Positions 8,218-17,422 of a stretch of DNA of 34,603 nt are shown in pieces. The notes beneath the pieces were generated by a model. It saw only the letters and a program-made list of their open reading frames with translations, was not told where the DNA came from and ran no database searches. Position 1 is the stretch's first letter. Each line of letters opens with the position of its first letter. Source of the DNA: Fidelibacterota bacterium (GTDB lineage: Bacteria > Fidelibacterota > Marinisomatia > Marinisomatales > AB-629-J13); contig DASCRE010000239.1 of the NCBI GenBank assembly GCA_034408645.1, positions 1 through 34,603 on the forward strand. Reading direction: 5' to 3'. The translations under genes and the position numbers were made by a program.

Positions 8218-11200
8218 ATGCTTCTTAAAGACAACCTTAAACGATTTCGTCACGCAATGATTAAAAAGGACCTCATACAATCCCTGTGGATGTCCTATGC
8301 TGTGTTATTAATTGTTTTCATTTCAGTGATAGTTTTGGAAAGCGTTTTTTATTTCCCCCCTAAAATAAAATATTTTATGGCTGGTTCGCTCTTATCTATC
8401 ATTCTTTTGTGGATTATCGGATTGGGAATATGTACTATGTTAATTAAGACAAATTCTTTAAAAAGGTATCGATGGTCTCGTGTTGCACAATATTTAGGTA
8501 AAATTTCCTATACTAAAAAAGACTCTGTCATTAATGCACTCCAATTGGAGAACACAATGTCAAAAAGTTCATCAACTGGACTTAGTCATGCTTTCATTAG
8601 CAAGATAACAGACTCCCTTGCCCATATTGACCATAGGGCGATCTTCACGATTAATCCCAAGGGGAAATACTTCACATTATTTCTTCTTTTTCTTATCACT
8701 GTTGGGGGCACAGGATTAAAATATACAGCTGGGGATTCTATATATAGATGGTTTCACCTTCACCAGAAATTTGAAGCCCCAAAACCTTTTTACCTCCATT
8801 CTGAAACGGGTGACATACACCTTCTTGGTGGTGATAGTGCTGAAATTAATATAGTTGCCAGGCATTTACCACCAGACACAGTATTCCTAGAAATTATGCC
8901 CATCAATCAAGTGGACCAAAACTTAGAAAAGATTGAAACGTTGTTGATGAAAACTCAAATTGATACAAATGGAAATTATGCTTTTAAACTAAAAGATATC
9001 AATCAGGATTATACATATGGAGCTTTTGTTAAGGCAAATCATTTTTGGCAGGCCTGGAAGGAGGTGCGTTCACCCGAATACAGAATAATGGTCACGGACC
9101 GTCCAGCGATAAAAAGTTTTACGTTGACTTTAATTCCACCTGATTATTCCGGATTAGGCCCAACAATACAATCTGGTAATCAGGCAAACGTCCAGGGCTT
9201 AAAAGGAACAAAAATGATAGTCCACCTAACTTCAAACCGAAAATTAGCACAGGCCTTATTAAAAATAAATGATACCAACCATCCTCTTCAGATATCTGGG
9301 AAAAGAGGTGAAGGGGAATTGTTATTAGAAGAAAATAGTATTTTTACTATACATCTCTATGATAATCGAGAAATAACAAATCGTGATCCAATTCCTTATT
9401 ATATTGAAATCATTCCTGATTTATATCCTCAAATTTCTGTGTATGAACCACACCCTATTTCTGAATTAGGTGATAATCAAATAATCCCTGTGCACCTTGA
9501 TATTGAAGATGATTTTGGGTTTTCAACTTTACAGATTGCCTATGAAATCCGCCGCCCAACTTATATAGAGATGGACCCAATTATTTCCGTTTTTAAGGTT
9601 CCTGAAATTATTTCGAACAAACCCAAACAAACCGTTACCTTAGATTGGAATTTATCTGAATTAATGTTGATGCCTGAAGATGAAATCCATTATCATTTCG
9701 AACTTTATGACAATGACCAGGTATCAGGACCTAAAAAATCATTGTCCGGTAATTTTGTGGCCCGGCTTCCTTCCCTTGAAGATCTATTTCTCGGTGTTGA
9801 AAAAAAAGAAGAGCAACTCATTGAAGACATGAGTATGAACCTTGACGATATGGAAACCATTCAAAATCAATTAGAAGATGTTAAACTTGATTTGATAAAA
9901 TCTAAAGACATGGATTGGCAGCAACAACAGAACATTAAAAATATACTTGAAGAAACTAAAGAAAAAATGGCATCTTTACAGGAAATGGCAGAAGCTATGG
10001 AGTCCTTAAAGGATGCAGCAGAAAAACATCAATTGTTTTCTCCTGAGCTTATGGAAAAGTTCAGTGAACTAAATCAATTGATGAATGAACTTATTTCTGA
10101 GGATTTATTATCAAATATTGAAAACATAGAAAATATTATGGAGCAAATGAATCCAAAAGATATGATGAATGCTATTTCTGAAATGGCGGAAAATATAAAT
10201 CAAATTGAACAAGAATTAGACCGGTTTCTGGATGTCTTGAAACGCATACAAGCAGAACAAAAACTTGATGAGGTATCCAAACGACTCGAACAATTAACAG
10301 AACAACAGGATCACCTTGATCAAAATTTATGGGAAATGGATACGGATACTGACCCGTCCACTTTTTTACAACATGAACAAAGTGAGTTGAGGATTCAGGA
10401 AGAATTTAATCATATCCAATCTGCCATGGAGGAAGCAGCTGAACTAACAAGTGAATTCAGCCAGTCCACCTCTGAAGCTATGAAGGAAATGGCAGAATCT
10501 ACACTGGTGCCATCTACAGAAAAACACATTGATAACACAGCATCACAGCTCAACAGTCAACAGCTAAATTCATCTCGAAAATCAAGTAAATCTGCGCTAT
10601 CAGGCCTGTCTCAATTACACAGCATGGCTATGGATATACAACAGCAGTTTCAACAGGAAACATCGAAAGAAATGGCTGAAAAATTTCAAGAAATAATGTC
10701 CAATGTGCTTTCGTTATCAAAATCTCAGGAGCATCTAAGAAAAAAAACATCCAATACCCCCAGAAATTCACAACGGGTAAATAATTTAGCAGGACAACAA
10801 CAAATCTTAAAAGATCAACTTTCACAAATAATGGCTGCAATGATGGAACTATCTCGAGAAACATTTGCAGTAACCCCCGAAATGGGGAAAAAAATGGGTA
10901 AAACATTTGCTGAAATGAATGAATCTATTTCTCGGCTTGCTGAGCGACATACTACATCTGCAAAAAACAGGCAGGATTTAGCAATGGAAGGATTGAATGA
11001 AACCGCTCTCAGTATTCATCAATCCATCCAGCAAATGCAATCCGGTGGGTCTGCCAGTGGTTATGAACAGTTTTTAAAACAAATGGAACAAATGGCAGGG
11101 CAACAACAAGGAATAAACAATCAGGGGATGCAGCTGGCTTTGGGGCAGCTTGCTGCAGGGATGCAGCAGTCCATGTTACAACAGATGCTTTCACAACAGC

Positions 11201-11667
11201 AGGGGGTGAAAAAATCCTTACAAGAATTAATGAAGGAAATGGCACAATCGGGCTCGAAAAAATTGGGGGATATGGGAGGAATAGGACAGGACATAGATGA
11301 AGTTATCAAAGACCTAAAACAAAGGCGCTATACCAGAAAAACACAAGACCATCAGCAGCGCATTCTCTCTAGGATGTTAGACAGTCAAAAATCCATGACT
11401 CAGAGAGGAAAAAAGGAAGAACGGTTAGCAGAAACCGCCTCCAAAATTATTAATTTGACAGGTCCATCCGGTCTCCCTGAAGACCTAGGGCAAAGACATA
11501 GCCTCACCTCAGAAGCCTTGAACCAAGCTATGCAGGCTGGATACACACAGGAATATGTGACCATGATTCGCCGTTATTTTAATGCCCTCAATCAATCATC
11601 CTTTTTAGAAACCCCTCCCAGTGATATCCCAAAATCTCCTATTATAAATGATGCAAAAAATGATTAA
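8218..11667 (+). CDS. Large membrane-anchored DUF4175-like protein (TM helices, Ig-like domains, Q/M/E-rich helical C-terminus)
   Basis: About three N-terminal TM segments, PPDYSG, IPDLYPQI, IEDDFGF, YDNDQVSGPK, then ~600 aa of helical pseudo-repeats ending IRRYFNAL. Confidence 0.75.
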   Translation: MLLKDNLKRFRHAMIKKDLIQSLWMSYAVLLIVFISVIVLESVFYFPPKIKYFMAGSLLSIILLWIIGLGICTMLIKTNSLKRYRWSRVAQYLGKISYTKKDSVINALQLENTMSKSSSTGLSHAFISKITDSLAHIDHRAIFTINPKGKYFTLFLLFLITVGGTGLKYTAGDSIYRWFHLHQKFEAPKPFYLHSETGDIHLLGGDSAEINIVARHLPPDTVFLEIMPINQVDQNLEKIETLLMKTQIDTNGNYAFKLKDINQDYTYGAFVKANHFWQAWKEVRSPEYRIMVTDRPAIKSFTLTLIPPDYSGLGPTIQSGNQANVQGLKGTKMIVHLTSNRKLAQALLKINDTNHPLQISGKRGEGELLLEENSIFTIHLYDNREITNRDPIPYYIEIIPDLYPQISVYEPHPISELGDNQIIPVHLDIEDDFGFSTLQIAYEIRRPTYIEMDPIISVFKVPEIISNKPKQTVTLDWNLSELMLMPEDEIHYHFELYDNDQVSGPKKSLSGNFVARLPSLEDLFLGVEKKEEQLIEDMSMNLDDMETIQNQLEDVKLDLIKSKDMDWQQQQNIKNILEETKEKMASLQEMAEAMESLKDAAEKHQLFSPELMEKFSELNQLMNELISEDLLSNIENIENIMEQMNPKDMMNAISEMAENINQIEQELDRFLDVLKRIQAEQKLDEVSKRLEQLTEQQDHLDQNLWEMDTDTDPSTFLQHEQSELRIQEEFNHIQSAMEEAAELTSEFSQSTSEAMKEMAESTLVPSTEKHIDNTASQLNSQQLNSSRKSSKSALSGLSQLHSMAMDIQQQFQQETSKEMAEKFQEIMSNVLSLSKSQEHLRKKTSNTPRNSQRVNNLAGQQQILKDQLSQIMAAMMELSRETFAVTPEMGKKMGKTFAEMNESISRLAERHTTSAKNRQDLAMEGLNETALSIHQSIQQMQSGGSASGYEQFLKQMEQMAGQQQGINNQGMQLALGQLAAGMQQSMLQQMLSQQQGVKKSLQELMKEMAQSGSKKLGDMGGIGQDIDEVIKDLKQRRYTRKTQDHQQRILSRMLDSQKSMTQRGKKEERLAETASKIINLTGPSGLPEDLGQRHSLTSEALNQAMQAGYTQEYVTMIRRYFNALNQSSFLETPPSDIPKSPIINDAKND

Positions 11668-13525
11668 ACCCATCACGCTCTTTATTTTACTTTTTCAGTT
11701 ATCCTTTCCTTTCAGTCAAAGTAATTCTGGAGCACTCAGAACCGCTCAGCTAATGGAAAAAAGGGGAGAGACGGAAAGTGCTGTATCCATATATTCGGAT
11801 ATTTTGAAAAAAGATCACAATCAGAAGGCATATGTAAATTTGAAGAAAATTTATTCTCGCTTGGAACAATATAATGAGCTTGCTTCATTAATTATAATTT
11901 ATAAAAAACGATTTCCACAAAAAATAGAGCCCTATCTTGATCTTGGAGAGACATACTGGAAATTAAAAGAAGAAACTTTGGCAAGAAAAGAGTGGTCTCT
12001 TGCCGAAGAAAAATTTGGGACTAATATTGATATATACAAAAAATTCTTTTATCTTTTTACAAGTCTTGGACTTTCTGATGATGTGCAATCTGTTATACTC
12101 AGGACAAGAAAAAAATTCAACGACCCATCAATTCTTTCAATGGAAATTGCAAATTACCATTATTCACGTAAAAGTTTTAAAATAGCCGTGATTGAATACC
12201 TTAATTATTTATCTTCTCATCCAGTACAAATAAAGATGATCACCGATCGAATCCTGCTAATCAGCGATGATAGAGATGCTCATGAAATTATTGTGAATGC
12301 TCTTAACAGCAGTATAAAAGTAAATGATATACTCTATAGACCCTTGTTAGCAGATTTTTATTTCAAAAATCAACATTTTGATAAGGCATTTTCTCAACAT
12401 AAGGCATTGAAATTTTCAACGGAAAAAGATATTAATCGCTGGCTAGAATTTTCGAATGGACTGCGAATAGAGTCCCAATATGACATGGCTGTTTCAGCCT
12501 ATAAAACCATCCTTGGGGAAACAAATGTTCAAAACTCTAATAAAGCTGTAGGTCAGGCTTTATTAGGATTGGGAAAAACGTTTGAGGATAATATTATTCC
12601 CAGTGAAGGCCAAAGTCTTTCATTTGTATCATTTTTTGGAGACAATTTGTTTTTTGAAGATCCGTTTTATCATAAACAAAATATTTCGGTTCGATCTTTG
12701 GATACAGCATTTGAGCTTTATGATTCACTTCTCACAACCATGCCATCTTCATTTTTCTCCACCTCTGCCTATCACCGTTTAGGTGAAATTCAATTCAGGC
12801 TGTTAAATGATTTTGATGGAGCTCTTAAATCTTATCGTGCTGCACTAAAATCTGCTACTAAATCAAAGCTGAGACAGGATATCCAACTGAGAATTGGTGA
12901 AATGTATTTGTCAAAAGGCGATTTGGATGAAGCTCAACGTTATTTTGGCAAATTGAAAAAAAGAGGGGCTAAGTTTCAATATAGGTTTATTTTGACCCAG
13001 CTCTTCTCAGGAAAAATTGATACAGCGTTCAGCTTACTTGAACAGACGATTGAAAACAGCCAACCTATTTCCCCTAATTTTAATGATTTATTAGAATTAA
13101 GAAATTTTATTTCACAACATTTTCACGATGGAACAGATACCGATAAACATGCTTTTGAATTATTTATATTTGGGGAGTTTTATCTTCGTCAAAAAAAACT
13201 ATCTGAATCCGCAGCATCTTATGCGTTTATACAAGAGAACTATCCGGATGCCTCAATATCAGATGTTTCAATATTACGAGAAGCCCTGATTAGGTTAAAA
13301 CTAAATCAATTACCTGAAGCAGAAATACTTGCTGAGCAATTAACAAAAACAAAATTAGTGGATAAGGGGTGGACTCTTTTAGGCGAAATTCAAGAGAAAT
13401 TTAAGGGAAATCCAGAAGAGGCATTAAACTTTTATTATAAGGTCCTTGAGGAATGTCCTGAATCCTATTTAACAGAACCTGTCCGGTTACATATCCGTAA
13501 ATTAAAAGATCACCCGAAAAGCTAA
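11648..13525 (+). CDS. Exported tetratricopeptide repeat protein
   Basis: Signal-peptide-like N-terminus (start may be ATG 11660); many TPR-like units (YLDLGETY, AYHRLGEIQF, LRIGEMYL, LLGEIQE); overlaps the upstream gene. Confidence 0.8.
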   Translation: MMQKMIKPITLFILLFQLSFPFSQSNSGALRTAQLMEKRGETESAVSIYSDILKKDHNQKAYVNLKKIYSRLEQYNELASLIIIYKKRFPQKIEPYLDLGETYWKLKEETLARKEWSLAEEKFGTNIDIYKKFFYLFTSLGLSDDVQSVILRTRKKFNDPSILSMEIANYHYSRKSFKIAVIEYLNYLSSHPVQIKMITDRILLISDDRDAHEIIVNALNSSIKVNDILYRPLLADFYFKNQHFDKAFSQHKALKFSTEKDINRWLEFSNGLRIESQYDMAVSAYKTILGETNVQNSNKAVGQALLGLGKTFEDNIIPSEGQSLSFVSFFGDNLFFEDPFYHKQNISVRSLDTAFELYDSLLTTMPSSFFSTSAYHRLGEIQFRLLNDFDGALKSYRAALKSATKSKLRQDIQLRIGEMYLSKGDLDEAQRYFGKLKKRGAKFQYRFILTQLFSGKIDTAFSLLEQTIENSQPISPNFNDLLELRNFISQHFHDGTDTDKHAFELFIFGEFYLRQKKLSESAASYAFIQENYPDASISDVSILREALIRLKLNQLPEAEILAEQLTKTKLVDKGWTLLGEIQEKFKGNPEEALNFYYKVLEECPESYLTEPVRLHIRKLKDHPKS

Positions 13526-13531
13526 TTGAAG

Positions 13532-14779
13532 ATGAAAAAAATTATCTTTCCCTTTCTTATAACTTTTTCTTTTTCACAAAAAATCCTTATCCCTATGGAT
13601 TTGACTCAAAAAGATCATTTAAAAGCTTATGGGGTAGCCTATCATGTCCTCACAGAACGAGTGAATGTAGAGTGGCTTCTCAATTTTCGGGGAGGCTCTT
13701 TTTTGATTGATCATTTCCCGTTTATCGTACAGGAGTGTCGTATTCGCGGTGTTACATTTGAACCTATTGATGGAAATACGGTTCTATCAATTTATGGTGA
13801 GATTGAAAGTAACAATATGGAAGTCGTTCTATTGGAAAAAGCACCAAATGTTGCTATTTATTCCCCCCCTAGCAAACAACCATGGGATGATGCTGTCACG
13901 CTTGCATTGACCTACGCAGAAGTCCCCTATAAAACAATTTGGGACGAAGAAGTGTTGGTTAGTGGTTTTGAGAAAATTGACTGGCTTCACCTTCATCATG
14001 AGGATTTTACAGGACAATATGGGAAATTTTATCGTAGCTATAATACCGCATTTTGGTATATAAAACAAAAGGAGGAGTTTGAAGCCCTGGCAATGAAGCT
14101 AGGTTTCCCCTCAGTTCATGAAGAAAAAAAAGCCGTGGCTCGTACCATAAAAAATTATGTGGGACAGGGGGGATTCCTCTTTGCAATGTGTTCTGCTACG
14201 GATTCTTACGATATTGCTTTAGCGGAGGAAGGGATTGATGCAGCTCACCGCGTGTTTGATGGAACCCCCATAGACCCAAATGCCCAAATCCGTCTTGACT
14301 TTTCCAAATCTCTTGCATTCACCGATTTTAATCTTATCACCGATCCCATGGTGTATGAATATTCAGATGTTGATTTCCCTCCGAGTAATAATCCCATAAC
14401 AAGAGGTGCAGAAGCTGATTATTTCTCATTATTTGAATTCTCCGCTAAATTTGATCCAGTACCAACTATGTTAACTCAAAATCACGTATTTACTATTAAA
14501 GGATTTATGGGGCAAACAACTGGATATCATAAAAGTAAAATTAAAAAACATATCGTACTCATGGGAGAAGACCCTGCATCAGACCAGGTAAAATATCTTC
14601 ACGGAAGTTTTGGGAAAGGCGCTTTCGCTTTTTTGGGAGGACATGATCCTGAGGATTATCGCCACTTCGTGGGAGATCCCCCAACGGATCTTTCACTTCA
14701 CCGTAATTCCCCGGGATATCGTCTTATATTAAACAATGTTCTGTTCCCCGCTGCTCGCAAAAAAGAACGGAAAACATAG
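13532..14779 (+). CDS. Exported conserved protein of the FCB family often labelled 'asparagine synthetase B'; class I GATase-like fold inferred
   Basis: MKKIIF signal peptide; HLKAYG, WLLNFRGGSF, PWDDAVT, WLHLHHEDFTGQYGKF, GGFLFAMCSA, GGHDPEDY, SPGYRLILNNVLFPAA. No AsnB N-terminal Cys and no SGGLDS. Confidence 0.75.
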   Translation: MKKIIFPFLITFSFSQKILIPMDLTQKDHLKAYGVAYHVLTERVNVEWLLNFRGGSFLIDHFPFIVQECRIRGVTFEPIDGNTVLSIYGEIESNNMEVVLLEKAPNVAIYSPPSKQPWDDAVTLALTYAEVPYKTIWDEEVLVSGFEKIDWLHLHHEDFTGQYGKFYRSYNTAFWYIKQKEEFEALAMKLGFPSVHEEKKAVARTIKNYVGQGGFLFAMCSATDSYDIALAEEGIDAAHRVFDGTPIDPNAQIRLDFSKSLAFTDFNLITDPMVYEYSDVDFPPSNNPITRGAEADYFSLFEFSAKFDPVPTMLTQNHVFTIKGFMGQTTGYHKSKIKKHIVLMGEDPASDQVKYLHGSFGKGAFAFLGGHDPEDYRHFVGDPPTDLSLHRNSPGYRLILNNVLFPAARKKERKT

Positions 14780-15213
14780 TGCAGATAAAAAAGGGGAGTT
14801 TTGAGCAATGTGTAAAACTATCCCAAATAATACCTGAGCTTGATTCGCCTTATGAAATAAATGAATATAAAAAACGATGTTGCGGCATACACCATCTTGC
14901 TCTCATTGCTAACATGAATGACATGCCTGTCGGCTTTAAAGTTGGTTATGATCGCTATAAAAATGGGAGTTTTTATAGTTGGATGGGTGGGGTTATTCCC
15001 AAATATAGACGAAATGGAGTTGCACACCAGTTGGCTAATTATCAAGAGTCATGGGCCAAAGATAATAGTTATTCATACATCCAGATAAAAACAAGAAAAA
15101 AACACAAATCCATGATTAAATTTTTATTAAAAAGAGGTTTTTTAATTAAAGACAAGATACCAATGAAAAGCCTATTGGAAACTCGAATCATTATGGAAAA
15201 TTTATTAGGTTAA
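14779..15213 (+). CDS. GNAT family N-acetyltransferase
   Basis: FYSWMGGVIPKYRRNGVA acetyl-CoA motif, MIKFLLKRGF; GTG start overlaps the upstream TAG. Confidence 0.85.
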   Translation: MQIKKGSFEQCVKLSQIIPELDSPYEINEYKKRCCGIHHLALIANMNDMPVGFKVGYDRYKNGSFYSWMGGVIPKYRRNGVAHQLANYQESWAKDNSYSYIQIKTRKKHKSMIKFLLKRGFLIKDKIPMKSLLETRIIMENLLG

Positions 15214-15215
15214 TC

Positions 15216-15635
15216 ATGTGGATCCAAAAGTCATTTTCAATTTCTTCTCATTCAAGAGGTTTTCATCTCATAACAGATGATGTTTTGAGAAACACTGAGG
15301 GAATAAAAAATATTAAAATTGGAATTTTACATCTGTTTATCAAACACACTTCTGCATCTCTCACTATTAACGAAGATGCAGACCCAACAGTCAGGGCTGA
15401 CTTTGAATCTCACTTTAACCAAATAGTACCAGAAAACCAACCCTATTACAAACATACATTTGAAGGATCTGACGACATGCCCGCACATATAAAAACATCC
15501 CTTTTAGATACCTCATTGTCTATACCAATATCAAATGGAAAATTAGTTTTAGGGACCTGGCAGGGTATTTATCTGTGTGAACACCGCAATCATGGGGGAA
15601 ACCGAAATTTTGTGGCAACGGCGTATGGGGAATAA
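15216..15635 (+). CDS. yjbQ: YjbQ (UPF0047) family protein
   Basis: RGFHLIT, HTSASLTINEDADP, EGSDDMPAHIK, LGTWQGIYLCEHR. Confidence 0.95.
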   Translation: MWIQKSFSISSHSRGFHLITDDVLRNTEGIKNIKIGILHLFIKHTSASLTINEDADPTVRADFESHFNQIVPENQPYYKHTFEGSDDMPAHIKTSLLDTSLSIPISNGKLVLGTWQGIYLCEHRNHGGNRNFVATAYGE

Positions 15636-15706
15636 TATGGAACAGAAACTTATGATTATAATCCTATCTCCTGTTTTTTACAACGTTACATAAAAAGGGG
15701 GAATAA

Positions 15707-16186
15707 ATGAACAAATGTTCAGATGACGAAAAAATGCATCAGTACATGGGGATTGAAATGAATATCCAAACATGGAATTTGCTAATGAAGAAAAAGCGAT
15801 CAGAACAGGATGATCTACGAATGATTATGTTTGCCAAATCTTCCCTGTACCATTGGAAAAAATCAACAAATTTTCAACCTACTAATGAACAAAGAGGAGA
15901 GTGGCTGATTTCTAGAGTGCTTTCTATATTAGAAAAAGGAGAGACCGCATTATTTCACGCTAAAAACACTATAGCGCTGACAGAAAAACATGAATTGAAA
16001 GATTTTGACCTTGCTTATGCTTATGAAAGTTTAGCAAGGTCCTATGCAGCTTTAAAAAACAAAGACGAAAGTAAAATATGGTATAAAAAAGCAAAACAGG
16101 CAGGGGAAATGATTTCTGATAATAAGGACAAAGAAATCTTTAATGGTGATCTAAAAGCCGGACCCTGGTTTGATTGTTTAGACTAA
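15707..16186 (+). CDS. Conserved hypothetical all-helical (TPR-like) protein
   Basis: Strong RBS (AGGGGG); TWNLL, SLYHW, QRGEWLISRV, LAYAYESLAR helical motifs. Confidence 0.75.
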   Translation: MNKCSDDEKMHQYMGIEMNIQTWNLLMKKKRSEQDDLRMIMFAKSSLYHWKKSTNFQPTNEQRGEWLISRVLSILEKGETALFHAKNTIALTEKHELKDFDLAYAYESLARSYAALKNKDESKIWYKKAKQAGEMISDNKDKEIFNGDLKAGPWFDCLD

Positions 16187-16965
16187 TGTTGTTTTTTTAC
16201 TTCATTCCAAATACTGTCCATTTCTTCCAAGTTAGAATCTTCTACTGTTTTCCCTCTACTTTTTAATTCGTCTTCTACTGCCTTAAACCGTGTTGTAAAC
16301 TTTCTGTTTGTTTTCCTTAATGCAGATTCCGCTGAAATATTTAGAAATCTTGCTAAGTTTACAAATGAAAAAATAACATCACCAATTTCTTCTTCTACGT
16401 GTGTTTTAATTCCATTAGATTGCGCTTCCTTCAATTCCTGAATCTCTTCATTAATTTTTCCCCATACTTGTTCAATTTTCTCCCAATCAAATCCTGCATA
16501 GCTTGCCTTTTCTTGTAAGCGCTGTGCCCTAGTTAAAGCAGGGAGAGATACAGGGACACCGTCCAAGCGGGACTCTCGTTTTTTCTCTTTATGCTTAGCA
16601 AATTCCCAATTTTGTTTGGCATGAAAGGATGCATCGGCTTTATCATCACCGAATACATGTGGATGTCGGCGAACTAGTTTTTCATTCACGAGATTCAGAG
16701 AATCATTAATTATAAACTCACCATTATTTTGAGCGATATCTGCCTGAAAAACAACATGAAGCAGAATATCACCTAGTTCCTCTTTTAATGAGTTGGTATC
16801 TCCTGACTCCACACCTTCGATTACTTCATACACCTCTTCAAGAAAATAAGGAAGAAGAGATTCATGGGTCTGTTCTTTATCCCAAGGACATCCATCCGGA
16901 CCTCTTAGCTGACGAACAATATCTATTAATTTAGTAAATGATTTTTCCGCTGTTTTGTTATTCAT
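16183..16965 (-). CDS. mazG: Nucleoside triphosphate pyrophosphohydrolase MazG (tandem domains)
   Basis: LRGPDGCPWDKEQT, EEVYE, EELGD, KLVRRHPHVF, GFDW, EEEIGD. Confidence 0.96.
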   Translation of the reverse strand: MNNKTAEKSFTKLIDIVRQLRGPDGCPWDKEQTHESLLPYFLEEVYEVIEGVESGDTNSLKEELGDILLHVVFQADIAQNNGEFIINDSLNLVNEKLVRRHPHVFGDDKADASFHAKQNWEFAKHKEKKRESRLDGVPVSLPALTRAQRLQEKASYAGFDWEKIEQVWGKINEEIQELKEAQSNGIKTHVEEEIGDVIFSFVNLARFLNISAESALRKTNRKFTTRFKAVEDELKSRGKTVEDSNLEEMDSIWNEVKKQH

Positions 16966-17420
16966 TTATCATTTTTTTCAGCTGGAAAAATGTCTTTCCA
17001 TATTGTGTTTTCAAGATATTGGTCTTCAAGATGTGTCATTTTGTTCATTGTATTGGACGTGTCATCTGTGTAACCAATCAGATGAAGCGATCCATGAATC
17101 ATCAGTCTTGTTATTTCTTTTTCAAAAGGTTCATCAAATTTTAGGGCATTTTCTTTTGCTCTGGGAAAACTTATATAGATTTCTCCATCAATCTGTTGTT
17201 CAGATTTATCATTCAAGGAAAAGGCAATCACGTCCGTCAGATGGTCTTTCCCAAAATACTTTTTTTTTAACCGTGTCAATAACTCATCTTTCCCAAAAAT
17301 GAGTGTTATGTTTGCACTAACAATATTTTGATCAGTAAAAACGTTTGTCAGAACTGATGCACAAATATCTTTTACCGGCGAAATAAATTCGGGATCTGTT
17401 TCAATTTGTAACCGAATCAC
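16962..17420 (-). CDS. ybeY: rRNA maturation endoribonuclease YbeY
   Basis: TDVIAF, GEIYIS, HGSLHLIGY; ATGA overlap with mazG. Confidence 0.9.
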   Translation of the reverse strand: MIRLQIETDPEFISPVKDICASVLTNVFTDQNIVSANITLIFGKDELLTRLKKKYFGKDHLTDVIAFSLNDKSEQQIDGEIYISFPRAKENALKFDEPFEKEITRLMIHGSLHLIGYTDDTSNTMNKMTHLEDQYLENTIWKDIFPAEKNDK

Positions 17421-17422
17421 GA

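Noticed and set aside
16183-16965. mazG as part of a toxin-antitoxin or anti-phage system
   Set aside because: Tandem-domain housekeeping MazG in a core operon; no mazEF or defence genes nearby.
17061-17096. YbeY third metal-binding His replaced by Asp (HGSLHLIGYTD)
   Set aside because: To my knowledge a common variant in Bacteroidota/FCB YbeY, so not evidence of inactivation or novelty.
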